From NCBI RefSeq assembly GCF_009914755.1, contig NC_060927.1: a stretch of DNA of 64,000 nucleotides; one strand, written 5' to 3'. Position numbers and translations under genes: made by a program. This DNA comes from the human T2T-CHM13v2.0 reference genome, Homo sapiens. Of the stretch, positions 50,684-64,000 are shown in pieces (positions within the stretch are counted from its first letter, which is position 1; the number at the start of each line of letters is the position of its first letter). The notes under the pieces are model-generated. The model was not told the DNA's origin and made no database searches. It saw only the letters and a program-made list of their open reading frames with translations.

Positions 50684-51760
50684 TAAAACTGCCTTTGTGA
50701 AAATTATAACAGTGAGAAAATTATGACAGTGAAGGAGATCTGTTGAGCTGCTGCAGTAGCAAATGAAGGACAGCATTTTAACCAACTTCATCTTGCCTTT
50801 TACCTCTAAACTGCCTTTGATCATTCCTGGACATGGGGGAGAAGTGTTTATAGTTTAAGTGAAAATAGGCCTTCCCAAAACTAAACCACGTTTTTAAAAC
50901 AATGAAAGTCCATCAGGTTAGGAAGATGAGAGGGGCCTGAATTCTGCAAAGACGTAGGAATAAATGATTACCAGTCATTGTTCTGGAGGTCACAAAATTT
51001 GCAACTTCCCCAATTACTCCTATAAATAACAACACTATTATAGAACTTTGGCCTACTGGCCTTTTAAGATGTCTTTTCAGATTTTCACATTTCTGAATAA
51101 TGGATAACTCCACCCAGACCAGAGACTGCTCTGTGACCCTTTCTTGGAAGTGGATGCAGAGCATGAGGACTGTTTTCTACACACCTATAATTGGATTCCT
51201 CACCAATAAGCATTCCCCATTCCTTAACTCCTAGCACACCAAACTATCCTTGAAAAACCCTAGCCTCCAAATTTTCAAAGAGGCTAATTTTAGTAATAAT
51301 AAAACTGGTCTCCATTTAGATGGCTCTATGTGTATTAAACTCTTTATTGTTGTATTAGTCTGTTTACATGCTGCTGATAAAGACATACCTGAGACTGGGC
51401 AATTTACAAAAGCAAGAGGTTTAATGGACTTACAGTTCCATGTGGCTAGAGAGGCCTCACAATGATGGCGGAAGGCGAAAGTTACCTCTTACACAGTGGC
51501 AAAAGAGAGATTGTGCAGAAAAACTCCCATTTTTAAAACCATTGGATCCCATGAGACTTATTCACTATCATGAGAACAGCACAGGAAAGACCTGCTCCCA
51601 TGATTCAATTACCTCCCACTGGGTCCCTCCCATAACACACAGGAATTCAAGATGAGATTTGGGTGGGGACACAGCTATACCATATCAATTACAATTCCCC
51701 TATCTTGATAAATCAACTGTATCTGGACAGCAGGACAAAAGAACCCACTAGCTAGTTATA
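50684..51760 (+). mobile_element. ERV1 LTR (LTR26-like, LTR8/MER4 group), interrupted by THE1
   Basis: taaaactgcctttgtgaaaattataacagtgagaaaattatgacagtg...aaagaacccactagctagttata. Homologous along its length to 59023-59836. Confidence 0.78.
51351..51687 (-). mobile_element. THE1A/B solo LTR nested in the ERV1 LTR
   Basis: tgtattagtc...ccatatca; degenerate 5-bp TSD attgt/attac. Confidence 0.9.
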
Positions 51761-51764
51761 TATC

Positions 51765-51782
51765 TGGGGGCTCATCCAGGAT
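51765..51782 (+). other. Primer binding site, tRNA-Pro, followed by a short leader remnant
   Basis: TGGGGGCTCATCCAGGAT versus TGGGGGCTCGTCCGGGAT, starting 4 nt after the LTR end. Confidence 0.85.
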
Positions 51783-52790
51783 AACCCTTGTGGCTACCTG
51801 CCTGTGGCTCGGCAACCCCTCACTGGCAAAGGATCTGAAGGCCAGCCCAAGCAGCCACCTAGTGGGAAGTGGATATACTTCCCAGGTCCACTGGGTTTGC
51901 TTCAGTCTGTCCTCATCTGCCACCACTGGTCGTTCAAGTCAGGGGTACTACTGGAATCATACTTCAGACTTTTTATCTACTTCCCAATAACTTAGTTTAT
52001 CCATTTTTTCTTCATTAATGCATGAATAAACTCCTCACAGAAATTCCTTTCAGTTGGTGGGATGAATTTCCAATATCCCACACATTTTTCCATGAATGTA
52101 TTGTGATCATGTCAATACAAACCTGATAATGTAATACAAACATGATAATGTAAATAAGCCCACAGAGGAATATTTTAGAAATTCTATTTGGGATAAATCT
52201 CTCACTGCTCAGCTTTTCTCTAACCCTTATGATGAGGAAACAACACGGTGAGGAACAATCTTACTTAAGGAAACTAAAAGCATTCAGCTGCCACAGCCAA
52301 TGCCAACATTGAACTCTTTGACCCAGAAGAGAAGGCCAATGCTTTGACAGTTTCCACTTCTACTTGCTTGTATACCCACCCATCCAAGGTGCTCTCTGAA
52401 ATTTAAAATTAAAATTCTGGGAAGGAAAGCATTTTCCCCCTCAACTTGTCTGAATCTACAATATCAAAAGAGGCACCCAAGCAGAGCAACTCCCAGAATT
52501 AGACAAGACCCCTCTGTCTCAGGCAAACTCAACAGTGTAACAAAAATCACGTAACTTTAGCATGATGGAGGGAGGAGTGCAACATACTCGCTCTTTCAGA
52601 AACAACAACAGAGCTGCACAAAACTGTCAAAACCACTATTTCAGTGCTCTGGAAATTGGCCAAACACATGAAACAAACTGAGGCACATGTATTCATTAAA
52701 CTATTTAACTTCTCAGAAGGACAAAGCGTCTTTTCCCCACACCATCCCAGCCTCCGCTATTTCTCAGTGTGGTCTTTGAACCAGGGCAGG

Positions 52791-53026
52791 GATTAGTTCC
52801 TTTATACAAAAGGACCAAGAAAGATCCCTCAGCCCTTCTAAAATGTGAGGTTCTAACAAAAAGACAGCTGTCCATGAACAAGGAAACAGGCCTTCACCAG
52901 ACACCAGCTGTGCTGGAGCCTTGATTTCAGTCTTCTGGCCTCCAGAACTGTGAGAAATAAATTTCCATTGTTTCTAAGCCACTCAGTCTATGATATTTTG
53001 TCATAGCAGCTCTAATAGACTAAGAT
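52791..53026 (+). mobile_element. MLT1A-like MaLR LTR, 3' part
   Basis: gccttcaccagacacc..gcctccagaactgtgagaaataaattt..tagcagctctaatagactaagata. Confidence 0.75.
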
Positions 53027-53159
53027 ACTCTTAGTGAATCTGGAGAAAAGCTATTAAGATAGACCTTATTCAAAAGACTCTAATAGACATATTAATTTTT
53101 AAAGTATTATTATAAAGCTCCATTAATTTTATAAATATTATAGAATAGGAATTCAAGAT

Positions 53160-53366
53160 TAGCACTATCCAATATAACTTTCTTCAATTATGAAAATACA
53201 TAGCTGTGCGGTTTGATACATTGGCTGCTATTCACATGTGGCTTTTGAGTACTTAAAATGTGGCAAGTATAACTAAGAAATTGAATTTTTTATTATATTT
53301 CAATTTTAATTAATTAAAATTAAAATAGCCATATTTGCCTAGTGGCTACCTTGTGAGACAGCACAA
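53160..53366 (+). mobile_element. MER3 hAT-Charlie element
   Basis: gcactatccaatataactttc..cacatgtggcttttgagtacttaaaatgtggc..ctagtggctacc..gacagcac. Confidence 0.8.
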
Positions 53367-53766
53367 ATCTAGACAGAGACCAAATATATATTATAATTTG
53401 GTTTATGGAAAATGGATATTCAAAAACAATGGAGAAGGAATGGATAATTGTCACAAACTACAGAATATCTTTTTAAGGCTTTCCACTTAAAAAATACAAA
53501 TTAAGATAATGTGATACTATTTTTACTGAATTAAATTGGCAAAAGAAAAAAAATTAGCCATTATTAAGTAAATTTGTTTTCTAATGCATAGAAGAATGTG
53601 TAAACTTTATCTTTAAGACACTGCTAATTGTAGTATCAAGGAATCTAGTTTCTGGAAGAAAATTAGGTGTGCATATGAAATAATTTAAAATTGTGCTAAT
53701 AGTTGACTCAGGGATTCCACTTGTAAGTAATGGCTTCAGGAAAATAAATTAAATAAGCTAAGTATT

Positions 53767-54186
53767 GGTATGGGTTGAATTTAACCCACACCCCAGAGAT
53801 GTTTGGAAACGTAATCCTCATGGTGGTTGTATTAAGATGCGAGGCCTTTGAGGAAGTGATTAAGTCTTGAGGGCTCCACCGTCCTCAATGGATTGTGCTT
53901 TATAAAAGGGCTGGAGGGAACTAGCGTAGGCCCTTTTTGCTCTTCTGTTCTTCCACCACATGAAGACACAGCATTTGTCCCCTCTTTTGCCCTTCTGTCC
54001 CTTTTACCATGTAAGGACACCTAGACGGTACCATCTATGAGGAATGGGCCCTCGTCAGACATCAAAGCTGGCAGTGCCTTGATCTTGGTCTTCCCAACTC
54101 AAGAACTGTGAAAAAATAAATTTATACTGTTCATAAATCACCCAGTCTCAGGTATTTTGTTACAGCAGCGCAAATCAACTGAAGCA
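53767..54186 (+). mobile_element. MSTD/MLT1A1-like MaLR LTR
   Basis: tggtatgggttgaat..gggctggagggaactagc..cacccagtctcaggtattttgttacagcagc. Confidence 0.75.
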
Positions 54187-54362
54187 AGTGTGCTCACTAC
54201 TGTTTACAATAACAAAACACTGGTAGGAAGTTACATATTGAAAAAGAGTTTTTTCATCCTTTTAACAGTGTTTTTCACTGAGCAAAAGTATTTAATTTTG
54301 ATAAAGTTTCATTTACTGATTTTTTTCTTTTTAATAGATCATGTTTTTAATGTCATGATTAG

Positions 54363-54641
<279 letters not shown>

Positions 54642-55596
54642 TGAGGTTTAGGTCAAGATTTTTTAAGATTCTTTATTTTTTCTTCTCTTTCTTTCTTCTT
54701 TTTTTTTTTTTTTTTTTTTTTGGCCTATGGATATCCCAACTATTTTTTTAAAAGATGGTTTTTCTCCATTGAATTTTATTTGTACCTTTGTCAAAAATCA
54801 GTTGGTAGTTGGTTTTACTTATGTGAAGCTATTCCTGGGTTCTGGGTTATACTTTAATCCTTAATAACTTTAGAGAAAATAATTATCTTGTCGTGGCCTT
54901 CAATGTATATCTAAGGCCTATCTGATTGCCCTGTCACATGTCCCTTGATTTTCTTATTTTTCTTCTTCCTTTCTTCCCCTGCCCCTATATCCTCATAGAA
55001 TTATCTATGTGGGTTAACCATCAGTTTATCAGTTTATTAATCAAATCACAGTATTTCTTTGTGAAGATAGTTCTGCATGAATTTTTTTTTGATGAGGGAG
55101 AGACATAGATGATTTTAGGTAAACAGATATAGAACTTCCTTTATTGCGGTAAAGGAATATTGTCTTTAATATTTTCATTCCCAATTGTTGTAACTTTTGT
55201 TCAGATACATTTTCTATGCAAATATTCTCTTTTTCTGCCTTCTCTGTATAAGTTGTTTACTTTTATCTATCTGTGGCTTTCCATTTTAAGTGTTTTCCAA
55301 CTTATTCTTCATGACCATGTATTTTTACCAGTAAATTTTTTATTTCCTTTCCAATTTTAGTGCAACTTTTATTTCTGAAATGGCTTTATTTTCAGTTTTT
55401 AACTGAATTGTACTATGTCCCCTTTTAGCTTTTTACATAAAATATCACCTTTTATTTGGTCTTATGTCTTTTTATTTTAATATATCTTTAAGAATCTATA
55501 CTCTTCTCGATTTATTTAATACCATGGAAAGCTGTTTTGTGTTACCTTTGCTTCAGTTTTTAGGATTAATGATTCTGCTGACATGTATCTTAGAGG

Positions 55597-55745
55597 TGGT
55601 ATGACATAGTAGTTAGGGGTGGTAATATCAGATTGCCTGGTCGCTAATCTCATCTACTACCTTCTTAGATATATGATTTACTTAACCTTGTTATGTTTTT
55701 TTAATCTGTAAAATAAATGCATAATAGGAAGTTAATTGTGAGAAC
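55597..55745 (+). mobile_element. MIR SINE
   Basis: tcagattgcctgg..tttacttaacct..atctgtaaaat. Confidence 0.6.
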
Positions 55746-55749
55746 AGTA

Positions 55750-57437
<1,688 letters not shown>

Positions 57438-57453
57438 AGCAGATACATACAGG

Positions 57454-58071
57454 TGTGGTGCCATAGCTATTGGCCACCTAAAGTTTCACTGAAAAATCAC
57501 GGGCATGAGACAGATTGATTAATAGGAGAGAAGGCATACATATGTATTTAATATGTATACATTGGAGCCTTCAGAATAAAGATCCAACTTTCCAATGAGT
57601 TACAGAAACTTATATACCATTTTGAGGTTACGGAAAGAATGGAGGCGTCAGTCCTGGTAAAACAGGTTATGGTATTGAGGAGAAGAGGAATTCTATCGAG
57701 GGACAATAACTGATTGTGAGGGAAAATGACTGGCATTGAGATGAACTAATTTGTAAAGAGTTGTCTTTAGAATTTAAATGATCCTTGGAGACAGTCTTTG
57801 TACTAGTAAAAAGGTCTGCTCAGGTGAGGTCACATCTTGGTCTGCTTTAATGAAGTAAGTATTAAAGTATTATCTGCAGAGGATAATGAGATAACATGGA
57901 AGGAAAGAAAGAACAATTATTCTTGGTGGGTCTGGATCTTAAGCTGATAAAGGAACTTCAGCTTCTTTGGAAGAGATATTTGTGAGGGTAAGGTCAGAGA
58001 GACCTTGAGGCTTCCTTAATTCAGTATGTCAAAAGGACATATTTGAGAGTATCAGTTTCTGAGCCCAAACA
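57454..58071 (-). mobile_element. ERV1 solo LTR, MER34/MER39 group
   Basis: Minus strand starts TGTTTGGGCTCAGAAACTGATAC. Perfect 4-bp TSD CAGG (57450-57453, 58072-58075). Confidence 0.75.
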
Positions 58072-58212
58072 CAGGAAAATGGTTACTCTGAAGGTAAACT
58101 GGGGAAAGAATACAGTGGGCCAGACTGGCACAGAGTTTGGGGTGAGGCATTTCAATGTATGTATTTTTATGTTCTTTTGATTTTTGAACCGAAATTTATA
58201 ATCAATTCAATA

Positions 58213-58543
58213 CATAATCAGTTCTTTGTATCTATGGATTCTGCATTCAAGAATTCAACCAACCACAGATCAAGCATATTGAAGAAATAGTAAAAAAAAA
58301 AAAAAAAAAAATACAGCAGTTAAAAATAATACAAATTAAAAACATAGTATAGCAACTATTTTTACAGCATTTACATTGTATAGCTATTATAAATAACCTA
58401 GAAATGATTTAAATTAAATGGGAGGATGTGCGTAGGTTATATGCAAATACTAAGCGATTTTATATAAAGGACTTGAGCATCCACACATTTTGGTATTCAA
58501 GGGGTCTTGAAATCTATCTCCCATAGATACTGAGGGATGATTG
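58213..58543 (-). mobile_element. MER2 (TcMar-Tigger) element
   Basis: ggaggatgtgcgtaggttatatgcaaatacta..ggacttgagcatcc..gatactgagggatgattg followed by TA. Confidence 0.85.
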
Positions 58544-59022
58544 TAAAATATAAAGTATTAAACAAAGTAAAAATTTAACAGCAACCCTGGTTAAATCCAA
58601 CTTTCTACCTGCTCCACACTTATACCTGTGCAGCAGAATGATGCTGGGGAAAACACAAAACCTGCTGACTGATCTAACTTTAAATTAATTACCATCAATC
58701 CCAAGTAGGCCTTAATGCTGCCTGGCAACCATACTCAATTCCCCCAGCTTATTCATTTTCTTACTATCTGAGGGTACTATTTCATATTTTTCTGTCTCTT
58801 ACAACATCTCACCTTTTACTCTCAGTTGAAGATCTTGCTTCCTAATTCACGTAAAAATGGATCAATTACAAAAGTATATCTTGAGATTCATATAGATCAA
58901 TTATATATCTAACAACACCTGCATCTGTGTACTCTGCCTTTCCTCATGTCACAACAGATCAACTATTTGCCTTCATTTCTAAAAGCATTTTCTCCCATCC
59001 CCTCTTGTTTACACAAGGACAG

Positions 59023-59836
59023 TGAAACCACCTTTGCAAAGATCATGGCAGCAAGGGAAGTCTAGCATGGCTGACTCCATTCTGCCTCTCGCCTCATCAC
59101 GCTGGCTGTCCTTGCTCATTTCTTGGCATAGGCCAAGCTAACTAAGGGAGAAATTTGGTTTAAAGTTTCACTTTGAAGCAGGGATGAAATAGTCTCTCCC
59201 TAAAACTAACCCCCTCCTTGCTCAGGGATAGAAGCCACCTCAGGGACTGAAGCCACTTAATGAAAGGCCATGAAATTAAGATTATGGGACCTGAGTTCTT
59301 CAAAAATGTAGCTATAATTTCTATAATTCCTTACTACTCAGGAGTCATATGGCTAGAGGTCAGAAGGTTTGGGACTTCCTTAATTCTCCTACAGATAACA
59401 TCGTTATAACAATAGTGACGTTATCTGTAGGAGCAATTGAGGAAGAACCTGAAATGGGTCTTTTGAGGTGTTTTTAGACTTTTGCATCTGACAACCAGCT
59501 AACCCCACCTCGACCCGTGACTCATGAACACATGACTCAACTGGACATGTGGCTCCACCCAAGTGTGGACTCAGCACAAGCAGACCCTTTTCCACACCCT
59601 TATGATTTCATCCCCAATCAATCAGCAGTACCCATTCCCTAGCCGCCTACCCATCAAATATCCATAAAAATCCTAGCCTCTGAGTTGGCATGGAGGCTGA
59701 TTTGAGTAATAATAAAATCCTGTCCTTCCACTTTGCCAGACTTGTACTAATTAAAACTCTTTCCATACTACACTAATGCTATCTCAGTGGGTTTATCTGT
59801 GCAACAGGCAAGAAGAACCCACTTTGGGTGATTACA
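59023..59836 (+). mobile_element. LTR8A/LTR8B-like ERV1 solo LTR
   Basis: TGAAACCACCTTTGCAAAGAT...gggtgattaca. Perfect 4-bp TSD ACAG (59019-59022, 59837-59840). Confidence 0.82.
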
Positions 59837-59885
59837 ACAGCACTCTGCAATATTCCCCTTTTAAAAATATTATCAGTTTCCCCCT

Positions 59886-60202
59886 TGTAAGACAAGTAGC
59901 TGTGCGGCAGTCAAGAGTAGGCTGAGGTAAACATCTGGTGCAGCATGACACAGTGGGATTGGAGCGCAAGCACACAATCCCGTGCATTATATAATCACAG
60001 TTGTGTAACCATGTTATGGGTAGGCTCATCACCTGGCTCTGAGCCACTATTGTCTGTGAAGTACATAAATGTATCCCTGACACTGTTAGAGTGCGTACAT
60101 AATAAAGGCATATCCCACCTGCCTATGGCCCCACCGAGTGTTCTTTCAACGACCAGCCACCCATCCACCAATTCCCCTTGGGCCCCAGCTAAGAGCCTGA
60201 CA
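59886..60202 (+). mobile_element. LTR18A-like ERVL solo LTR
   Basis: TGTAAG...agcctgaCA, 317 bp, with AATAAA. Perfect 5-bp TSD CCCCT (59881-59885, 60203-60207). Confidence 0.8.
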
Positions 60203-62329
60203 CCCCTTCAATGAGATTATTCATATTGGCATATGAATGTGCTACTATTTCTTTTATAATAAAAATCTATCTTGAACACATTTTCCTCTCAAACTACTCC
60301 CTTTCTCATCAAAATACTACTGCTGATTATAAGTGATTGTATCTAATTTATCTCTTTACGTTGTGTCTTTATATACACACTAATCAGTGATTTTCCCCAA
60401 TAGTCCATTGAAATAATTTTAAAAACTTCATATTACTAAATCCAGTATTCAAATGTCAGTCTTTAGATATTTTACTTAAGAGAAGCACTTTACAAGGTTG
60501 ATCCCTCCTATCCTCCTGCTAGCAATAAAATCATGACTTGGACTCCAATTTAGGTTTTCTTTCTACTCCATTAGCTGCTGCTTCTCAGTCCTCTTTGTTA
60601 TTTTTGCCCTCCTTTTCCTGATCTCTGCAGGATAGTATCCTAGGGTTTTTCAAAGCTAAATCAAAGTCACAGATACTTATGTTCCTTAAATAACCAGCAA
60701 GTGACCTCCTTCTCAGTATCACCTTCAAGACCCTTGTCATCCTCCAGAAACAAATCTACTCTTGCCCAAAGAGTTTGCTGTGTCCTACCAGAGACCCTCT
60801 GTATAGATTTGAGTTGTATGGCAGCCCAGAACACTCATCATGCTCCTCTGTCCACATCACAGAAAAGATATCCCCTTAAGATGTAGGAATGTGGGAGAGT
60901 AATCCAGAAGCAGCATCCACGCACCTGTAGCTGATGGGCTGGTGAGTAGTAACGTATCTCTCCACACCCCTTCCAGACACTTAAATAACTTGAGAGTCTT
61001 ATTTTTGTAATCCCAAAAGACCAATGTCAGCCAAAGTTTAGGGCAGAGTGACAAAAGATGAATGGCTAGACTAGGGGTACACTTTAAAGTTACCCTTAGC
61101 TAGGATACCCACCTCCCATTCTCAAGCAAGAACACATCAATGTTAAGTAATATTTCTTCATAGTGAAATTATATTATTCTCACACTCAGGGGTTTCTTAG
61201 TAGGGAATCCCTAGTAAAAATTTATTATTTTTCTCATTTTTCATTTTTGCCTTCATTAGTTTCCTGTAGTGTTTCTTCTTGTACCTCTTTGTGCTTTATT
61301 AAAGCTCAGCTGTGAAAATTATCTTACACTAAAGAATATAAATAAACATTTATTTAGCAAGATGAGGAAATTAGGGAGATACAGTAAAGACAATGGAGCT
61401 CATTAAACAAGCACCAGTGTTACTAATGCTCTCTCACTCATTACTCATTCATTTCACTGATTGCTTTAACAGAATAGGAGGCATCATTTCTCACCTAGAT
61501 AATCCAGTCATTCTCTGTGGATGTCAGAGAAGACAAGTCCATGAGCCCTAGTTCCTGGGAGTGAGGGTGTGAATCATTAACACTTTATGTACTTGTGTAT
61601 TATTTCTCTCCCTCTCACTCTCTCTCTTTCTTCCTCTATAAAGGAAGCAGAAGGAGGTTATAAGAGAAATATGAGTTTAAGAGTTCATCTCTAATGGGAG
61701 TTTTATACTCAGCATTTGGTGGAAACAAGTTCAGGGGATCCAGAAATCAACATTTACTCTTTATATTGCACAGTAGTTTATTTCTCCTATAAACGTGTGT
61801 TTACAAACTCAGCTCAACACTGATTCTACCACTGGAACTGCAAGAGGCCTCCTTTAATCCAAATAACAGAAAGTATCTGTGACATATTTATTCACAAGTG
61901 TTGTTAAAGTTCTTGCAATAGGAGATACGTAGAAACTAATTTTTAGATTCCGCATCAGTTAAGAGAATCTTCAAGCCTCTTCTCTTTACACATAGGAGCA
62001 GATTGAAAGAAATTATTATCTATATCTACATAAATGAATGGAAATGTGTCAGTTACAGCATCTCATGAAAGTTGCTGGAGGGATTTTTGGCAAACTTGGA
62101 GGGGCTGTTTGAAGTGGACCTACTTAAAAATATAGGCTATGTGGCATAAATAGAATTCACTTTGGTTTGACTTGTAAGATGAGGACTGGCACATCACAGA
62201 ACTGGGCCTTCACCGTCTAGAGTACCTGGTTTGCAATGGAGCTGTTCCTCAAGAGAATGGCAAACAACAGGTGCTCTGAGGTGAGTATAATCAGTAATTA
62301 TTTAAAGAAGGCTAGTGATTCCCCTGATA

Positions 62330-62520
62330 ATAATGCTGGTTAATAGATCTAGTAATGCCGTAATCACTAACATTCTCTAAACTCTCACTATGTGTCAGGA
62401 ACAATTCTAAGACTTGTGCTATGTCATCAAATCTTCAAAATAATTCCACATGTAAGGTATTTTTATTAACCCCTTCTCACCTCCCCCCATTTTACAAATG
62501 AGAAAAAAACTAGACAAAGT
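62330..62520 (-). mobile_element. MIR SINE
   Basis: cactatgtgtcagga..cccattttacaaatgagaaaaaaact. Confidence 0.6.
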
Positions 62521-62629
62521 AAATGCTCATAAAGCCAGTAGGCAGCAGTGTTAGGAGTAAAGCACATCTGCTTATTTGAAAGCTATTGTACTTGATGGCT
62601 ACCTTCTAAGACATTAAAAATCAGTAACA

Positions 62630-63091
62630 CAAATAAATCAAACACAGAAATACAAATACTGCATTATCTCACTTATACGTGGAATCTCAAGAAGTCAAAC
62701 ATAAAAACAGAATAGAAGGTGTTTGTTAGGGGCTGAGGTTATGGGGGAAATGGTAGGACTTTGGTCGAAGAGTATAAACTTTCAATTATAAGAGGATTAA
62801 GCTCTGAGGATCAAATGTACAGCATGGTAACTATAGTTAATAATAACCTATTACATACTTGAAATTTGCGAAGAGGGTGGATCTTAAGAATTCTCACCCC
62901 CCCCCCCCCCCCACACACACACATACACATATTGCTAACTTTATGAGCTGATGGATGTGTTAATTAGCCTGATTTGTAATTACTCTATAACACATATGTA
63001 CATCAAAATAACACATTATACACCTTAAACACGTACATTTTGTGTTGTATATGTTTTATTGTCAATTATAACTCAATAAAGCTGGAAAAAA
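62630..63091 (+). mobile_element. L1MA8-like 3' end with a poly-C/(CA)n tract at about 62897-62929
   Basis: caaatactgcattatctcacttatacgtggaatct..tacagcatggtaactatagttaataata..ctcaataaagctggaaaaaa. Confidence 0.82.
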
Positions 63092-64000
63092 ATTAGTAAC
63101 ACAATCTTCACCAATACATCCCTGGTAAAAGGAGATGATATAAAAGTCAGCAAAGTCATCAGCGAATTGACAACAGAAGAAGCCAAGCGGTTTGTAATTT
63201 AAGTTAGAAGGTTGGAAACCAGAGATTAGAGGAAACCCACCATGGAGCAATACAAGCCATGGTATAGGTAAGGACCAGAGAGAACTCCTCAACTTTCTCT
63301 GTGCTTTAGACATACAAAAAAATGCAATGGAAAGGCAGCTTGAATCAGAACAAGAAACTGGTACCTCTTTGGTACCAGTCTTTTCTTATTGTGATAAAAT
63401 TGACAATTTTATCAATTGTCAAATGTGGAGTGATAACTAGCCCTTCTCGGAAATGACTTCATGGAGACGTCAAAAGAAAAATCTCAGCTAGATAGCCATA
63501 TGCCCAGGTAGAACTCTGGTACTCTACTACAGAAATATGGGCAGTCAGCACCCAGAGGTTTTACAAGTCACCCCTGCTCTCATTTAACCCAAATGAAGAA
63601 TTACTTTAATCAACTGATCTTAGAGGTACAAGGACTGGATTCTTCAATTGGTTGGTTAGGAAAAAGCATAAGTGGGCTTTATTTTATTTGCTAATAATAA
63701 AACAAATACACATTTATCCTGGAAATTTTTGAATGTGCCGAACTGTATAAAGAAATATAAATTACCCATACGGCCACCCTTCAGAGGTAATCAATGTCAG
63801 CTGACACAATGTTTTCAGACCCTCTATCTACTGCTAACTTCGGATCACAGATGACCTACTAAAGACTGAGATGTTCTAAAGGAAACTGATTTATAATTAA
63901 CAAAGCCTGTATAACTTGTGCTGAAAGTCTATGAGGAGAAAATCCTCTTTTCCCTTCTTCTCAGGCTCTGAACAACCATTTCTTCTCCTGTGATGGACAA

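Larger units (their letters stand above)
58575..60640 (+). mobile_element. L2 relic split by two LTR insertions
   Basis: caaccctggttaaatccaact..atcttgcttcctaattcac; resumes after the LTRs (ctaaatccagtattcaa..cagtc). Confidence 0.6.

Overview
This 64-kb window is AT-rich, repeat-dense primate (human-like) genomic DNA. I found no intact protein-coding gene, RNA gene or CRISPR array. The ORF track consists of transposon remnants or chance ORFs. Main landmarks: a near full-length Tigger1 DNA transposon (503-2834, minus); a long patchwork of old L1 fragments (about 10.4-21.5 kb); an RPL36A processed pseudogene (36511-36875, missed by the ORF track because of two in-frame stops); and a 5.6-kb internally deleted HERV-H provirus on the minus strand (39055-44678) with two ~361-bp LTR7-type LTRs, a perfect CTGTG target-site duplication (TSD) and a tRNA-His primer binding site (PBS). 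There are also several solo LTRs, six Alus, and L2/MIR/MER relics. Subfamily names come from my recall of consensus sequences, not from a search, and boundaries of old repeats are approximate. The most unusual directly visible signals are local copy events that repeat annotation does not explain: a ~70-bp fold-back duplication at an L1 5' junction, a ~40-bp segment copied from 1.46 kb away into an LTR, a fold-back inside another LTR, a 19-bp inverted copy inside an L2, and a tiny, apparently twin-primed L1PA. These look like fossils of template-switch repair. I see no evidence for a new gene system.
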